Positions 35,358 to 46,009 are shown, counted from the stretch's first letter. The stretch: DNA of 64,000 nt from Bdellovibrionales bacterium (GCA_965197855.1 OZ240230.1:1089266-1153265), one strand, 5' to 3'. The notes: generated from the sequence alone by a model not told the origin. Numbers and translations are program-made.

Positions 35358-36866
35358 ATGGGTATGAGAAATTATTTCATTTTTTTGATTTTCTGTACTG
35401 CTTGTCAGCACATAACTCCAAGTCAGTTGAATTCTGAGCCAGATGGGGGAATACGTTCTCCGAATTCTTCTATAAGTATTCAGATGCTTTCAAAAAAGAA
35501 AGTAGAAAAAACAAAGGGTTTAAAAGAAGAATCTTCTATTCCTTATGATCATCAAAGGTCTTATGAAGATGTTGCTATTGAGGAAAGGTCTGAAGTGGAT
35601 GTTTGGATTCAATATTTTACAGGCCGCGGCCGGGATAATATGAAGTTGTATCTGGAACGTTCCACACGCTATATGAAATTAATGCGTTCTGTTTTAAAAG
35701 AATCAGGACTTCCGGATAAGTTGATTTATGTGGCTATGATTGAGTCGGGTTTTAGTCCTAGAGCACGCAGTCGGGCTCAAGCTGTGGGTTATTGGCAATT
35801 CATTGAACCTACAGGACGTCGCTATGGTTTAAAAGTGGACAATTTTGTAGATGAAAGAAGGGACCCTTTACTCTCTACAAAGGCGGCGGGTGAATACTTA
35901 AAAGATTTATACTCTTTATTTGGTTCCTGGTATTTGGCTATGGCTTCTTACAATGCCGGGGAGTATCGTGTGAATCGTGCTATGATGAAGCACTACACTC
36001 GTGATTTTTGGAGTTTGAGAAAAAACAGGAGTATTCCTAGGGAAACTCGAGAGTATGTGCCCAAATTTATGGCGGCTTATTTAATTGCACAAAATCCAAA
36101 AAAATATGGTTTCCATGATTTAAATTATCAAGATCCTATCCAATTTGAATCTGTGGCTATACATCAGCCTATTAGCTTAAAAAAGTTAGCTAACAGTTTG
36201 TCGCTAAAATATGAAGATTTACGAATGCTCAATCCAAAATACGTGACTGAGTATGTTCCTATAGAGCAAACAGGAACAACAGTGATTCGTGTGCCTTCAG
36301 GTCTGTCTGAAAAGGTGACCAAAGTAGTGCTTACAGCTTCTACAATGAGTCGTCCAAAACATTCTAAAACTTATGTGTATTATAAAGTAAGGTGGGGCGA
36401 TAACTTATTTAAGCTAGCGAGGAGGAATCGCACCACAGTCAATACTATTGCACGTATGAATGGTTTTTCTTCCAAGAAAATGCTCAGAGCTGGACAAGTT
36501 ATTAAGCTACCACACCGCTATGCCTCTCGTACCCTTGCAAAAGTTAATAAGTCTACAAATTATCATAAGGTGAGAAGAGGAGAAAATTTAGGGCGAATTG
36601 CCCGGCGCTATGGTGTGACTGCTGCTAATATTAGAGTGTGGAATAATCTATCCAGCTCTGTGATTTATCCCAGACAAGTTTTGTTGGTTAAAGCTCCTGC
36701 TGTAAATAATGCAAAAGATAGTAAAGTTCATGTTGTGAGGCGAGGAGATACTCTCATTACTATTGCAAAAAAATATAAAGTTCCTTTGGTAGCTCTAATG
36801 AAAAAGAACTCTTTGACTTTTAAATCTATATTAAGAGTCGGTCGAAAAATAAGCATCCCTGAATAA
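35358..36866 (+). CDS. Membrane-bound lytic murein transglycosylase (MltD-like) with three LysM domains
   Basis: SLT core VAMIESGFSPRARSRAQAVGYWQF...YNAG. Three LysM repeats are present (YKVRWGDNLFKLARR, HKVRRGENLGRIARRYGV, HVVRRGDTLITIAKKYKV). Confidence 0.8.
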   Translation: MGMRNYFIFLIFCTACQHITPSQLNSEPDGGIRSPNSSISIQMLSKKKVEKTKGLKEESSIPYDHQRSYEDVAIEERSEVDVWIQYFTGRGRDNMKLYLERSTRYMKLMRSVLKESGLPDKLIYVAMIESGFSPRARSRAQAVGYWQFIEPTGRRYGLKVDNFVDERRDPLLSTKAAGEYLKDLYSLFGSWYLAMASYNAGEYRVNRAMMKHYTRDFWSLRKNRSIPRETREYVPKFMAAYLIAQNPKKYGFHDLNYQDPIQFESVAIHQPISLKKLANSLSLKYEDLRMLNPKYVTEYVPIEQTGTTVIRVPSGLSEKVTKVVLTASTMSRPKHSKTYVYYKVRWGDNLFKLARRNRTTVNTIARMNGFSSKKMLRAGQVIKLPHRYASRTLAKVNKSTNYHKVRRGENLGRIARRYGVTAANIRVWNNLSSSVIYPRQVLLVKAPAVNNAKDSKVHVVRRGDTLITIAKKYKVPLVALMKKNSLTFKSILRVGRKISIPE

Positions 36867-36991
36867 AACTATTTTCTTACAATATGGATTTATTGGTTTT
36901 TGTTAAGGATCCAAATATCTACTTGCATAGTTAGGAGACAATTAGGTAGGATGGTCGTCCTTAATCAAGATTTAAAAACGAGTTAAAAAAA

Positions 36992-37924
36992 ATGATTAGA
37001 GTTCAGAATTTAACCAAAAAATACGGAGACAGGCTAGCTTTGGATCAGGTTAGTTTTTCTGTGGGCTCTGGTGAAGTGGTTGGTTTTCTAGGTCCTAATG
37101 GAGCTGGCAAGACAACAACCATGCGTATTTTGACAGGCTGTCTGGCTCCTACCTCGGGATTGGCTGAAATTGATGGAAAAGACGTTTTTGATTATCCTAT
37201 TCAGACTAAGGCAAAATTAGGTTACTTGCCGGAAGTGCCGCCTCTTTATGGGGATATGTATGTAGAGGATTACCTTAGATATGTGGGGCATATTAAAAGG
37301 TGTCCAGCTCATCAATTAAAAGAACAAATCAATTCTTGTATCAAGAAAACCGGTTTGAGCCAGGTTCGATCCCGTCTGATTCAAAATCTTTCTAAAGGAT
37401 ACCAGCAAAGAGTGGGGATTGCTCAGGCTTTGATGAATAATCCGGAAGTTCTGATTTTAGATGAGCCGACAGTGGGTTTGGATCCTGCTCAGGTGATAGA
37501 AATCAGAGGGCTGATCAATGATCTTAAACATCATCATACAGTGATTTTATCCACTCATATTTTGCCAGAGGTGGAAGCAAACTGTGAGAGAGTTATTATT
37601 ATTCATCAGGGAAAGGTGGCTGTAACAGGTAAACTGTCTGAACTGAGACAGCAAATGCATCAGAAAAGCTTGTCTGTTCGAGTGGAAAGATCTTCATCCA
37701 ATTTGTTAAGCCAACTGAGATCACTCAATGGGGTTCAACAAGTTCAAGAGGAAAAAAATGGGATTTATAATATCTTTGTGGATTCCGGTTCAGTGGATGT
37801 AAATGATTCCGTAGCTCGTACAGTGATAGATTGTGGAGCTGGCTTCTTGGAGCTTAAAGAAAATAAATTCAAGTTAGAAGATATATTTATTCATATTACT
37901 CGTTCCCAAGATGGAGGTTCGTAG
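36992..37924 (+). CDS. ABC-2 type transporter ATP-binding protein (GldA-like)
   Basis: Walker A GPNGAGKTTT, signature LSKGYQQRVGIAQAL and Walker B LILDEPT. Confidence 0.8.
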   Translation: MIRVQNLTKKYGDRLALDQVSFSVGSGEVVGFLGPNGAGKTTTMRILTGCLAPTSGLAEIDGKDVFDYPIQTKAKLGYLPEVPPLYGDMYVEDYLRYVGHIKRCPAHQLKEQINSCIKKTGLSQVRSRLIQNLSKGYQQRVGIAQALMNNPEVLILDEPTVGLDPAQVIEIRGLINDLKHHHTVILSTHILPEVEANCERVIIIHQGKVAVTGKLSELRQQMHQKSLSVRVERSSSNLLSQLRSLNGVQQVQEEKNGIYNIFVDSGSVDVNDSVARTVIDCGAGFLELKENKFKLEDIFIHITRSQDGGS

Positions 37925-38733
37925 TGCCATCTATTTTTGAAAATCTATGGGTGCAGATGCGGCAGATAATAGCTATTACAAAAAAGGATTTTTTTCAAAT
38001 TGTAGTAAGCCCTATGTTCTTTATTATTTTAGGTGTGAGCTGTTTTTTTTGGAGTTTTGTTTATGTTCGTTCTTTAATTGCTTTTGCCAGTCAAAGCATG
38101 TCCATGCCTATTCAAATGGCTCAAGAAGGTGGAGGGGCGAATATTCATTACCATCTATTTTTTCCATTATTGGCACAGGTGAATCTTCTATTGTTGTTTA
38201 TTGTTCCTGCTTTAACAATGAGGCTTTTTGCAGAAGAAAAAAAATTAAAGACATTTGATTTGTTGATGTCTGCCCCTTTAACATCCACTCAAATTGTTGT
38301 GGGTAAGTTCTGTGCGGCTTATAAATGTTCTTTAATTATTGTTTTTACTTCTTTTTTCTATATTGTGCTGACTTCATTTTTTGCTGATTTCAATTGGGTG
38401 ATGCCTTTTCTTTCTTATTTGGGATTGATGCTGTTAACTGCTGTCTATGTGGCTATGGGGGTTTTTGCTTCTTCTTTAAGTTCCTCTGTAGTTTTAAGTA
38501 CGATTTTAGGTGTGGTGTTTAATGTGTCTATATGGGTTATTATCAATCAGCTAAAAGATATTACTGATAATCCTATTTTTGTGTCTGTCATGGATTACTT
38601 GATTGTTCCTACACATTTTGAACAATTTCTAATGGGTAAATTCGTGATAAGTTCTTTTTGTTTCTTTATTATTATTGTTACTTTTTTAATTTTTTTAACT
38701 ATAAAAGTAGTTGATGTTTTAAGATGGAGATAG
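37924..38733 (+). CDS. ABC-2 type transporter permease (GldF-like)
   Basis: 269 aa with six predicted TM segments. Its GTG start shares 1 nt (37924) with the upstream TAG stop. Confidence 0.6.
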   Translation: MPSIFENLWVQMRQIIAITKKDFFQIVVSPMFFIILGVSCFFWSFVYVRSLIAFASQSMSMPIQMAQEGGGANIHYHLFFPLLAQVNLLLLFIVPALTMRLFAEEKKLKTFDLLMSAPLTSTQIVVGKFCAAYKCSLIIVFTSFFYIVLTSFFADFNWVMPFLSYLGLMLLTAVYVAMGVFASSLSSSVVLSTILGVVFNVSIWVIINQLKDITDNPIFVSVMDYLIVPTHFEQFLMGKFVISSFCFFIIIVTFLIFLTIKVVDVLRWR

Positions 38734-38737
38734 GTTT

Positions 38738-40339
38738 GTGTCTATAAAGTGGATGTCTAGAAGCGCCTTAATCATTAGCGCTGTTTCTTTATTGGTTCTT
38801 TTAGTGGCTCGCGCTTTCTTGGGCGGCTGGCTTCCTTTTTTATGGTGGCCTCTTGGGACTTTTCTATTGAGCTTGCTGGCAGGTTTGATTTTGGATATTC
38901 GAACTTATTGGTCTTTGTTTACATTGAAAACAACTAAAAATGGACTGGGTGTAGGTTTTACCCTTTTAATTTTAATAACTATACTTGCTTCTTTAGCTTA
39001 TTTGACCATGCGCTTTGATAAGACTTTTGATTTAACAGAAGAAAAACTTCATTCTTTATCAGATCAGACTTTAAGTGTTTTACAGTCTATGGAGGAACTT
39101 AAAATAACTGTCTTTTATAAAGGCAAACAAAATTTATCTGTCAAAAATGACTTAGATAGATATTTTAAAATTTATAAACAAAATGCTTCTCATATACAAT
39201 TTCAGTACATTGACGCTCATTTAAACAATAAGTTGGCTAGGGAATATCTGGATTCTTTATCGGATAAAAACAATAAAAATGCCTTTGTGTTTGTGGAACA
39301 TCAATCAAAGAGGGTGCGTATTGAGGAGCCTATTGATGAACGTACTATTTTATCTGCTTTGATTCGGGTTTCCAGCAGGGTTAATCAAAATATTTATTTC
39401 ACATCCGGACATGGTGAAAGAAATATGTTTGCTGACCATGCTCAGGGATTGTCTGCTTTTACTTCTGCTTTGGAGGATACTTCTTTTAATGTTGTGGAGT
39501 GGAATTTTATTGAGAAACGAGGAGGGGTGCCTGAAGATGCTTCGGCTCTTATGATTTTAGGGCCGACAAAGCCTTTTTTTGAACAGGAAATAAAGTGGAT
39601 TAAAGAATATATTCAAAAAAATGGCAGAGTGTTTATAGCTTTGGATCCAGGAGTGAATCAGAACTTAACTCCTTTCCTAAAAGAAACGCTCCATGTGGAT
39701 TTCAAAAATAATTTTATTATTAGTCCGATTTCATCATTGGTGGGTAAAAGTAATACTTCAGTAATGGGAATGGATTATAATGCGAATCATTTAATCACAA
39801 AAGATTTCGTTCAAATCATGGGTGGTTTTACCTCTATTTTTGATGAAGTCAGCCAAATTACTTTTGAAGAGCATCCACAGATGAAAATCTCTCCGTTAAT
39901 TCATTCGGTTAATGGATTTACTATTTCTTCTTTGGATATTGCGCCTGCTCAAGAGAAACAACAATCTTTTATATTGGCAGTTGCCGTTGAAGAAGAACAG
40001 AAAAAAGATTTGGAAAAAAGTAAAAAGGAAAATAAAAATGAAACTGACAGTCAAAATAAAGAAAAAGAAAATCGTTTTATTTCTGTTATTTTTGGAGATA
40101 GCAATTTTTTGACTAATAGTTCACTGAATATGGGTGTTCATAAAGATATTGCTTTAAATGTCATATCTTATCTTGCAGATCGGGAAAATTTGTTAAATAT
40201 TCGTCCGAAACAGCCTAAAGGAACTCGTATGATATTAACTCAAAGCCATAAACTAGTGCTTGTCATTGTAGCAATTTTATTGCCTTTGATTTGCTTTATT
40301 TGCGCTGTATTTATATGGGTTCGCAGGAATTGGGCGTGA
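38738..40339 (+). CDS. GldG-like ABC-transporter auxiliary protein
   Basis: 533 aa with N-terminal TM segments, a large extracytoplasmic region and a C-terminal TM segment (LVLVIVAILLPLICFICAVFIWV). Its position after the ABC-2 pair is typical of the GldG family. Confidence 0.55.
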   Translation: MSIKWMSRSALIISAVSLLVLLVARAFLGGWLPFLWWPLGTFLLSLLAGLILDIRTYWSLFTLKTTKNGLGVGFTLLILITILASLAYLTMRFDKTFDLTEEKLHSLSDQTLSVLQSMEELKITVFYKGKQNLSVKNDLDRYFKIYKQNASHIQFQYIDAHLNNKLAREYLDSLSDKNNKNAFVFVEHQSKRVRIEEPIDERTILSALIRVSSRVNQNIYFTSGHGERNMFADHAQGLSAFTSALEDTSFNVVEWNFIEKRGGVPEDASALMILGPTKPFFEQEIKWIKEYIQKNGRVFIALDPGVNQNLTPFLKETLHVDFKNNFIISPISSLVGKSNTSVMGMDYNANHLITKDFVQIMGGFTSIFDEVSQITFEEHPQMKISPLIHSVNGFTISSLDIAPAQEKQQSFILAVAVEEEQKKDLEKSKKENKNETDSQNKEKENRFISVIFGDSNFLTNSSLNMGVHKDIALNVISYLADRENLLNIRPKQPKGTRMILTQSHKLVLVIVAILLPLICFICAVFIWVRRNWA

Positions 40340-41280
40340 GATCATCTCTTTACATACGTCTATTTTTTTTATGTATAGCCGGATTGCTGGCGGCCTTTGC
40401 TGTTTTTGAACATCGTAAAAGTAAAGAAAAAAAAGAAGTTCAAAGACAAGAAACTCTTATCTTTAAGAATGAGATACGCAGGAGTATTGTAAAATTGTCT
40501 TTAATCAAGCAAGATGGTTCTCAATTTATTTTGGAAAAGAAGAATCTAGGGTGGCAACTCATTCAGCCAGTCAATGATTTGGCTTCTTCCAGTGCAGTAG
40601 AAGGTTTGATAGATGATTTATTCAATGAGGAAGCCCAAGTTTTATCAGAAGAAGATTTGAAGTGGTCTGATTATGATTTGGATCCTCCTTTTTCTACTTT
40701 AAGTTTGTATAGTGCAAACGAGCAATGGAACATAGGAATTAGCGGAGAGCCCAGTTTTGATGGGAAGTTTTATATTAAAAAAGATCAAAAGTTGTTGCTT
40801 GCTTCTGCCAGATGGAGCAGTTTATCGAGGCCTTGGACAGATACCTATCGCAGTAAAGCTTTGTATTCAAAGAAAGGGAGTGTTTCAAAATTATATTACA
40901 AGAAACCAAATGAAAGTTATGAATTGATTCAAAAAGAGGGAAAGTGGCAATGGAGTTTAAAGATATCTCTTTCTCAAAGAGCAGTAGAGGATCTTATAGA
41001 CTTATTGAAAGGGGATATGATCTCTGCTTTTTTAAATAAAACAAAAGTTCCCTTTTCAAAAGTTGATTTAGAAATAAAAATTTTCAGCGAAGATCAGGAA
41101 GATCCATGGGTATTAAAATTAAAAAAGATCAGTGAGGAGAAGTCTCATGTGATTTTATCAGATCGTGATTTTATTTATGAGTTAAATATGGTTGAACCTC
41201 TTTTAACAGTGGGTTTTAAGGAGAAAGAGCCAGATTCTTCAGAAAATCAATCTAAAGAACCATTGTCTGAAACAAAATAA
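40315..41280 (+). CDS. DUF4340-like protein (usual partner of GldG-like genes)
   Basis: N-terminal TM segment (LYIRLFFLCIAGLLAAFAVF). The start is ambiguous among ATG 40315, TTG 40330 and GTG 40336, the last forming a GTGA overlap with the gldG-like stop. Confidence 0.45.
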   Translation: MGSQELGVRSSLYIRLFFLCIAGLLAAFAVFEHRKSKEKKEVQRQETLIFKNEIRRSIVKLSLIKQDGSQFILEKKNLGWQLIQPVNDLASSSAVEGLIDDLFNEEAQVLSEEDLKWSDYDLDPPFSTLSLYSANEQWNIGISGEPSFDGKFYIKKDQKLLLASARWSSLSRPWTDTYRSKALYSKKGSVSKLYYKKPNESYELIQKEGKWQWSLKISLSQRAVEDLIDLLKGDMISAFLNKTKVPFSKVDLEIKIFSEDQEDPWVLKLKKISEEKSHVILSDRDFIYELNMVEPLLTVGFKEKEPDSSENQSKEPLSETK

Positions 41281-41299
41281 TTTTATAAAAGAGTCTCTT

Positions 41300-41968
41300 A
41301 TGCATTTATTAAAAGCTGTGTCAATATATAAAGAATTTGGTCAAGGTAAAGATGCTTTAAAAGTATTGAAGGGTTTGGATATTAAAGTGAATAAAGGAGA
41401 AGCTCTTTGTATAGTAGGGCCTTCTGGGGCTGGTAAAAGTACATTCTTACATATTTTAGGGACTCTGGATCGATCCACTTCAGGTGAAATTTTTTACCAA
41501 AATAAAAGTTTATCACATGCTACAGAAGAAGAAAGAGCGGAGTTTCGATCTCAAAAACTAGGTTTTGTCTTTCAATTTCATTATTTACTGAATGAGTTTA
41601 ACATGATAGAAAATATTATGATTGCCGGTCAGGTGGCTGGCATGAGCGCTGGCAAATCTAAAGAAAGCGCTGAATATTTAATGAATCTTTTAAATTTAAG
41701 TCATAGATGGAGGCATTTTCCTAGTGAATTAAGTGGAGGAGAAAGGCAAAGAGTGGCGATAGCCAGAGCTTTAATGAATCAGCCGGAAATTCTATTGGTA
41801 GATGAACCCACAGGAGCTTTGGATACTGATAATTCAATGAAAATTCTGGATATTCTTTTTGAAATGAGGGAGCGTTTGGGTCTGACATTGATTGCTGTTA
41901 GTCATGATCCATTGTTTTCTAATCCTTTTCCAACAGTATTAACTATGAAAGATGGCCAGTGGGTGTAA
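41300..41968 (+). CDS. lolD: Lipoprotein-releasing system ATP-binding protein LolD-like
   Basis: 222 aa. Walker A GPSGAGKST, signature LSGGERQRVAIARAL and Walker B LLVDEPT. FVFQFHYLLNEFNMIENI is typical of LolD. Confidence 0.65.
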   Translation: MHLLKAVSIYKEFGQGKDALKVLKGLDIKVNKGEALCIVGPSGAGKSTFLHILGTLDRSTSGEIFYQNKSLSHATEEERAEFRSQKLGFVFQFHYLLNEFNMIENIMIAGQVAGMSAGKSKESAEYLMNLLNLSHRWRHFPSELSGGERQRVAIARALMNQPEILLVDEPTGALDTDNSMKILDILFEMRERLGLTLIAVSHDPLFSNPFPTVLTMKDGQWV

Positions 41969-41971
41969 CTG

Positions 41972-44500
41972 ATGAAGTACTTTTTTTTATTACTGAGTGT
42001 GTGTTTTATAATATTTCCTTCTTACGCAGTATCCAAAACTGTGCAGAGGGTGGATATTGTAGGAAATCAAACGATCAGTAAAGAAGCTATTAAAGCTCAA
42101 TTAAAAACAAAAAAAGGTTTTCGACTTCGAAATTCCACAGTGATTCAAGATGTGCGGCGTTTGTATGATATGGGTTACTTTGATCGTATTTCAGTTCTTT
42201 CAAAAACTCACAAGGGACGTTTGACTATTGTGTTTGAAGTGAAAGAAAAACCTCGAATTAATTCTATTGTATACAAAGGGCATTCTGCTTTATCCAAGAA
42301 AAAGTTGGAAGAGTTATCTGAGTTGAAAATATATGAGTTTCTAAGTATTAAGAAATTACAACAAGGAATTGCAAATATTAAAAAAGGATATGAAGAGAAA
42401 GGTTATTTTCTTCCTCTTATATCTTATCAAATAAAGAATCAGAAAGGTACAAACAAAATAGATTTGATTCTTGATATTCAAGAAGGTAAAAAAGCTCTTA
42501 TTCGGCGGATACTTTTTATTGGTAATAAAAGTATTTCGGGCAAAGTTATTAAATCTTTTTTATCAAGTAAAGAAAAGAATATTTTGAGCTTTATTACTAA
42601 TTCTGGTGTGTATAAAGAGGAAAACTTAAGCCGTGATCAACAGTTGATACGCTTTCTCTATATGGATAGAGGATATATGGAAGTCAAGGTGGAAGATCCT
42701 CAAGTCACTCTTTCTCCCTCCAAAGATGGTATTTATATTTCATTTTATATTTCTGAAGGAGAAAAGTTTAAAGTTGGCCAGGTAGATTTTGCTGGGGATT
42801 TGGTTTTTTCAAAATTGGAATTGAGGAAATTATTATCTCTTAAGACAGGCAATGTTTTTAAATATTCTTTTCTTCAAAAGGATTTGATGGCTGTTCAAAC
42901 CAAATATGGAGATGAGGGCTATGCATTTGCAAATGTGATTCCTCGCTTTGCTTCTCAAGGTCAAAATGAAATCCATCTTTTATTTGATATACAAAAGGGA
43001 GAAAAAGTTTATATCAATCATATTAATATTTCTGGGAACACAGTGACACGGGATCGGGTGTTAAGAAGAGAAATGGAATTTTTTGAAGGTGATTTGTACA
43101 ATGCTTCAAGTATCTTAGAATCTCAACAGTCCATACAAAGACTGGGGTATATTGAAAATGTTAATATCTTAAATGATCCAGTAAATTCTAATACAGTGAA
43201 CTTGGAAGTGGAGATTCAGGAACGTGAGTTGCTAGGTGAGCTGCAAGGTGGAGCAGGGTATTCGACTGCTACGGGTCTGACATTAAGCGGTCAGTTTAGC
43301 AGGGAAAATATTTTCGGCTTGGGTGTGACTGCAAGTCTGCAAGCAAATATTATTACCACTCTTTGGGCCAGTGAAGAATCACGATATGTTTATAAGCCTT
43401 CCGTGTTTTTGAATTTGCAATATATAGAGCCTCGTTTAATGGATTCAGATTGGTATCTGGGTTGGAATGTTTTTATTGAGGATACAAGGGCGACTCAATG
43501 TCTTATAGATCCTAAGTTTAGAGGAGAGCCAGAATCTGTTTCATGGTCATCGAAGTTTCAATACATATGGAATTGTATTAAAAGTTCTGGAATTTCTAAA
43601 ACCAACAGTGGTTCTGCGGACAGAGGTCTGTTGAGTGCTTCTTATATTAGACCGTATTTTACTGAAAAAACAGGAACCCATTTAACTTTTGGACGCTGGC
43701 TTACAAATACTAGTAGGGTGGTTTCTAAATTAGGGATAGAGTATCAACTGTTGAGTGCTTTTGAAGATAATATTATTGAGGGTTTTCAATTACGAGAGCA
43801 TTCCGGAGTGCGAAATATTCTGGGAGGATCCTTCGAATATGATGATCGAGATGATAGATTATTTCCGACAAATGGATTCTTTTCAAATATTTCTTTGGAT
43901 CATATTTATAAGTGGAATGATTCCAATCATCTAGCTCGTATCAATTGGATGGGTAGTCATTATATTAGCACTCAGGCATTGCTGTCTTTGTTACCTCTTT
44001 CTCAATCTATTGCCTATTCATCTACGATGGATTTTTTAAAGCGGGTGGTATGGAAAAATAAATTACAATATGGCCGGATTCATTCTTTTAATCGAGATTC
44101 AGTACCTGTAGATTTACTTTATTTATTAGGAGGTCCACATTCTTTAAGAGGGTATCAATATTACTCTGTTGGCAAGAAGGTTGCCATTGAAGGGATGGCG
44201 GGGAGAGTTCCTTACGGAGGAACTCAAAAGTTTTTATACAATTTAGAGTTGCAATTTCCTATATTGCATAAAGCTCGACTTTATGGATTGTTTTTCTTCG
44301 ATATGGGGTATGCTGATGATCAGCTCTTTACAGGTTGGCAGACTTTTTGGGGTCATTTAAAAAAAGATGTGGGTGTAGGTGTTATGTTTATCACTCCTAT
44401 GGGGCCTATTAACTTGAAGTGGGGTGTGCCTATTTCTGAAAATTATAGGCTGAAAATAGATCAAGCTGAGTTTCATTTTAGTATAGGAGCTGATTTTTAG
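41972..44500 (+). CDS. bamA: Outer membrane protein assembly factor BamA
   Basis: 842 aa with a signal peptide, repeated POTRA-like modules (VQRVDIVGNQTISKEAI..., IRRILFIGNKSISGKVI, INHINISGNTVTRDRVLRREM) and a C-terminal barrel ending ...EFHFSIGADF. Confidence 0.9.
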   Translation: MKYFFLLLSVCFIIFPSYAVSKTVQRVDIVGNQTISKEAIKAQLKTKKGFRLRNSTVIQDVRRLYDMGYFDRISVLSKTHKGRLTIVFEVKEKPRINSIVYKGHSALSKKKLEELSELKIYEFLSIKKLQQGIANIKKGYEEKGYFLPLISYQIKNQKGTNKIDLILDIQEGKKALIRRILFIGNKSISGKVIKSFLSSKEKNILSFITNSGVYKEENLSRDQQLIRFLYMDRGYMEVKVEDPQVTLSPSKDGIYISFYISEGEKFKVGQVDFAGDLVFSKLELRKLLSLKTGNVFKYSFLQKDLMAVQTKYGDEGYAFANVIPRFASQGQNEIHLLFDIQKGEKVYINHINISGNTVTRDRVLRREMEFFEGDLYNASSILESQQSIQRLGYIENVNILNDPVNSNTVNLEVEIQERELLGELQGGAGYSTATGLTLSGQFSRENIFGLGVTASLQANIITTLWASEESRYVYKPSVFLNLQYIEPRLMDSDWYLGWNVFIEDTRATQCLIDPKFRGEPESVSWSSKFQYIWNCIKSSGISKTNSGSADRGLLSASYIRPYFTEKTGTHLTFGRWLTNTSRVVSKLGIEYQLLSAFEDNIIEGFQLREHSGVRNILGGSFEYDDRDDRLFPTNGFFSNISLDHIYKWNDSNHLARINWMGSHYISTQALLSLLPLSQSIAYSSTMDFLKRVVWKNKLQYGRIHSFNRDSVPVDLLYLLGGPHSLRGYQYYSVGKKVAIEGMAGRVPYGGTQKFLYNLELQFPILHKARLYGLFFFDMGYADDQLFTGWQTFWGHLKKDVGVGVMFITPMGPINLKWGVPISENYRLKIDQAEFHFSIGADF

Positions 44501-44552
44501 TTGATTTGTTTCTTTTTTTAAGATACTCAGGTATGTGTCGGAGGTTACCGCT

Positions 44553-45047
44553 ATGAGATTTTTGTCATTTTTTCTTATTTTTATTTATTGTTTTCCAGTT
44601 TTTTCAAAAGTGGGGTATGTGGATTTTGATCAAGTATTACAAAAAACAAAAGAAGGGCAATCTTTGAAAAAAAAGCTTGAAAAAGAATTTTCTTCCAGGC
44701 AGGGGCAACTGCAAAAAACAGAGAAAAAGTTACAAGAAGAGAGACAACAGTTTGAGTCAGAATCCAGTTTATTATCTGATTCTGAGAAGAGAAAAAGAGC
44801 ACAGAAATTACAAATGCAGTTTGTTGAGTTTCAGAAAAAGTTGGAGATCTCTCAGAAGGAATTACAAGAATATCAAATGAGGCTGGTCAATAATATTGTG
44901 GAAAAAATGAAACCTGTTTTAAAAAAAATAGCTAAGGATAAGGGCTATACACGTGTTGATAAACTCTCTTCAGATGTTTTATGGGTTTCTGATGATGTGA
45001 ATGTTACAGATAGTGTGATTAAAACCTATAACAAAAAGTATAAATAA
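44553..45047 (+). CDS. skp: Periplasmic chaperone Skp (OmpH family)
   Basis: GGAGG lies 7 nt before ATG 44553. It has a signal peptide and then a coiled-coil K/E/Q-rich body. Position directly after bamA. Confidence 0.75.
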   Translation: MRFLSFFLIFIYCFPVFSKVGYVDFDQVLQKTKEGQSLKKKLEKEFSSRQGQLQKTEKKLQEERQQFESESSLLSDSEKRKRAQKLQMQFVEFQKKLEISQKELQEYQMRLVNNIVEKMKPVLKKIAKDKGYTRVDKLSSDVLWVSDDVNVTDSVIKTYNKKYK

Positions 45048-45061
45048 TTTAAGCTTTCTCT

Positions 45062-46009
45062 ATGAAAGTTTACTATAGTCATTTAGATTATAAAGGGAAT
45101 TTGTCTGGAGTTTTGACTCTTGGTATTTTTGATGGATTTCATTTAGGTCATCAAAAAATTGTACAGCAAGTGGTGTCTCGAGCTCAAAACAATAGTTGTC
45201 CTTCCATTTTGATGACTTTTGACCCTCATCCGTTACAACTGCTCAAACCCTCCTTAGGTGTGGAGAGGTTGTTTCCCTTAGAGGATCTGATTCGGCAGGC
45301 CTCTTCTTTGGGGTTGGAATATTTAATCATAGAGAAATTTTCTCAAAGTTTTTCACAAATAACAGCTCAGGTTTTTTTTGAGCAATATATTTATAAAACA
45401 TTTCGCCCTTCATGTCTGGCTGTGGGTTATGATTTGAGATTTGGTTTCAATCGTGAAGGCAGTATTCAAAATTTACAGGAGTGGGCTTTAAAATACTCAT
45501 TTGATGTAGAAAAAATCAGTCCGTTTAAAACAAACGGCAAGATTATATCCACTTCAATGCTCAGGGAAGCTTTTGAAGCCAATGATCTTTTAAAAATGCG
45601 TTGTTTGATGGGTCGTCCTTTTTCTATTCGAGGAGATATTGTGACAGGGGAAGGAAGAGGAAAAAAACTAGGGTTTCCGACAATCAATATTAAAACATCG
45701 TCTCGTTTGCCGAAAAAAAAAGGAGTTTATATCTGTTTACTGCATTTGGGGCAAGAAGTATTTTCAGGAGTTATGAATATTGGTGTGAATCCTACTTTTT
45801 CCGATTTGAATCAAAAGGTAAAAGTGGAAGTTTACCTTATTGAGGCTTGTCCACAGGATTTCAAGTATAAAGAGGCTCAAGTAGATATCCTGATGTATGT
45901 GCGGGATGAAAAACAATTTGACAGTATAGATTCTCTTAAGAGGGAAATAAGGTTTGATGTAGTGAAAGCAAAGGCTTATTTTAATAGTGGAGAGTTTAAA
46001 AATATTTAA
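45062..46009 (+). CDS. ribF: Bifunctional riboflavin kinase / FAD synthetase
   Basis: Motifs GIFDGFHLGHQKI, GEGRGKKLGFPTINI and GVMNIGVNPTF are present. Confidence 0.9.
   Translation: MKVYYSHLDYKGNLSGVLTLGIFDGFHLGHQKIVQQVVSRAQNNSCPSILMTFDPHPLQLLKPSLGVERLFPLEDLIRQASSLGLEYLIIEKFSQSFSQITAQVFFEQYIYKTFRPSCLAVGYDLRFGFNREGSIQNLQEWALKYSFDVEKISPFKTNGKIISTSMLREAFEANDLLKMRCLMGRPFSIRGDIVTGEGRGKKLGFPTINIKTSSRLPKKKGVYICLLHLGQEVFSGVMNIGVNPTFSDLNQKVKVEVYLIEACPQDFKYKEAQVDILMYVRDEKQFDSIDSLKREIRFDVVKAKAYFNSGEFKNI

Noticed and set aside
37947-38258. A 103-aa plus-strand ORF overlapping the gldF-like gene in another frame. Similar overlapping ORFs occur at 4996..5184, 5564..5770, 17038..17325, 50394..50588, 57107..57376 and 58641..58850.
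   Set aside because: These are alternative-frame ORFs inside well-supported genes in AT-rich DNA, with no independent support.
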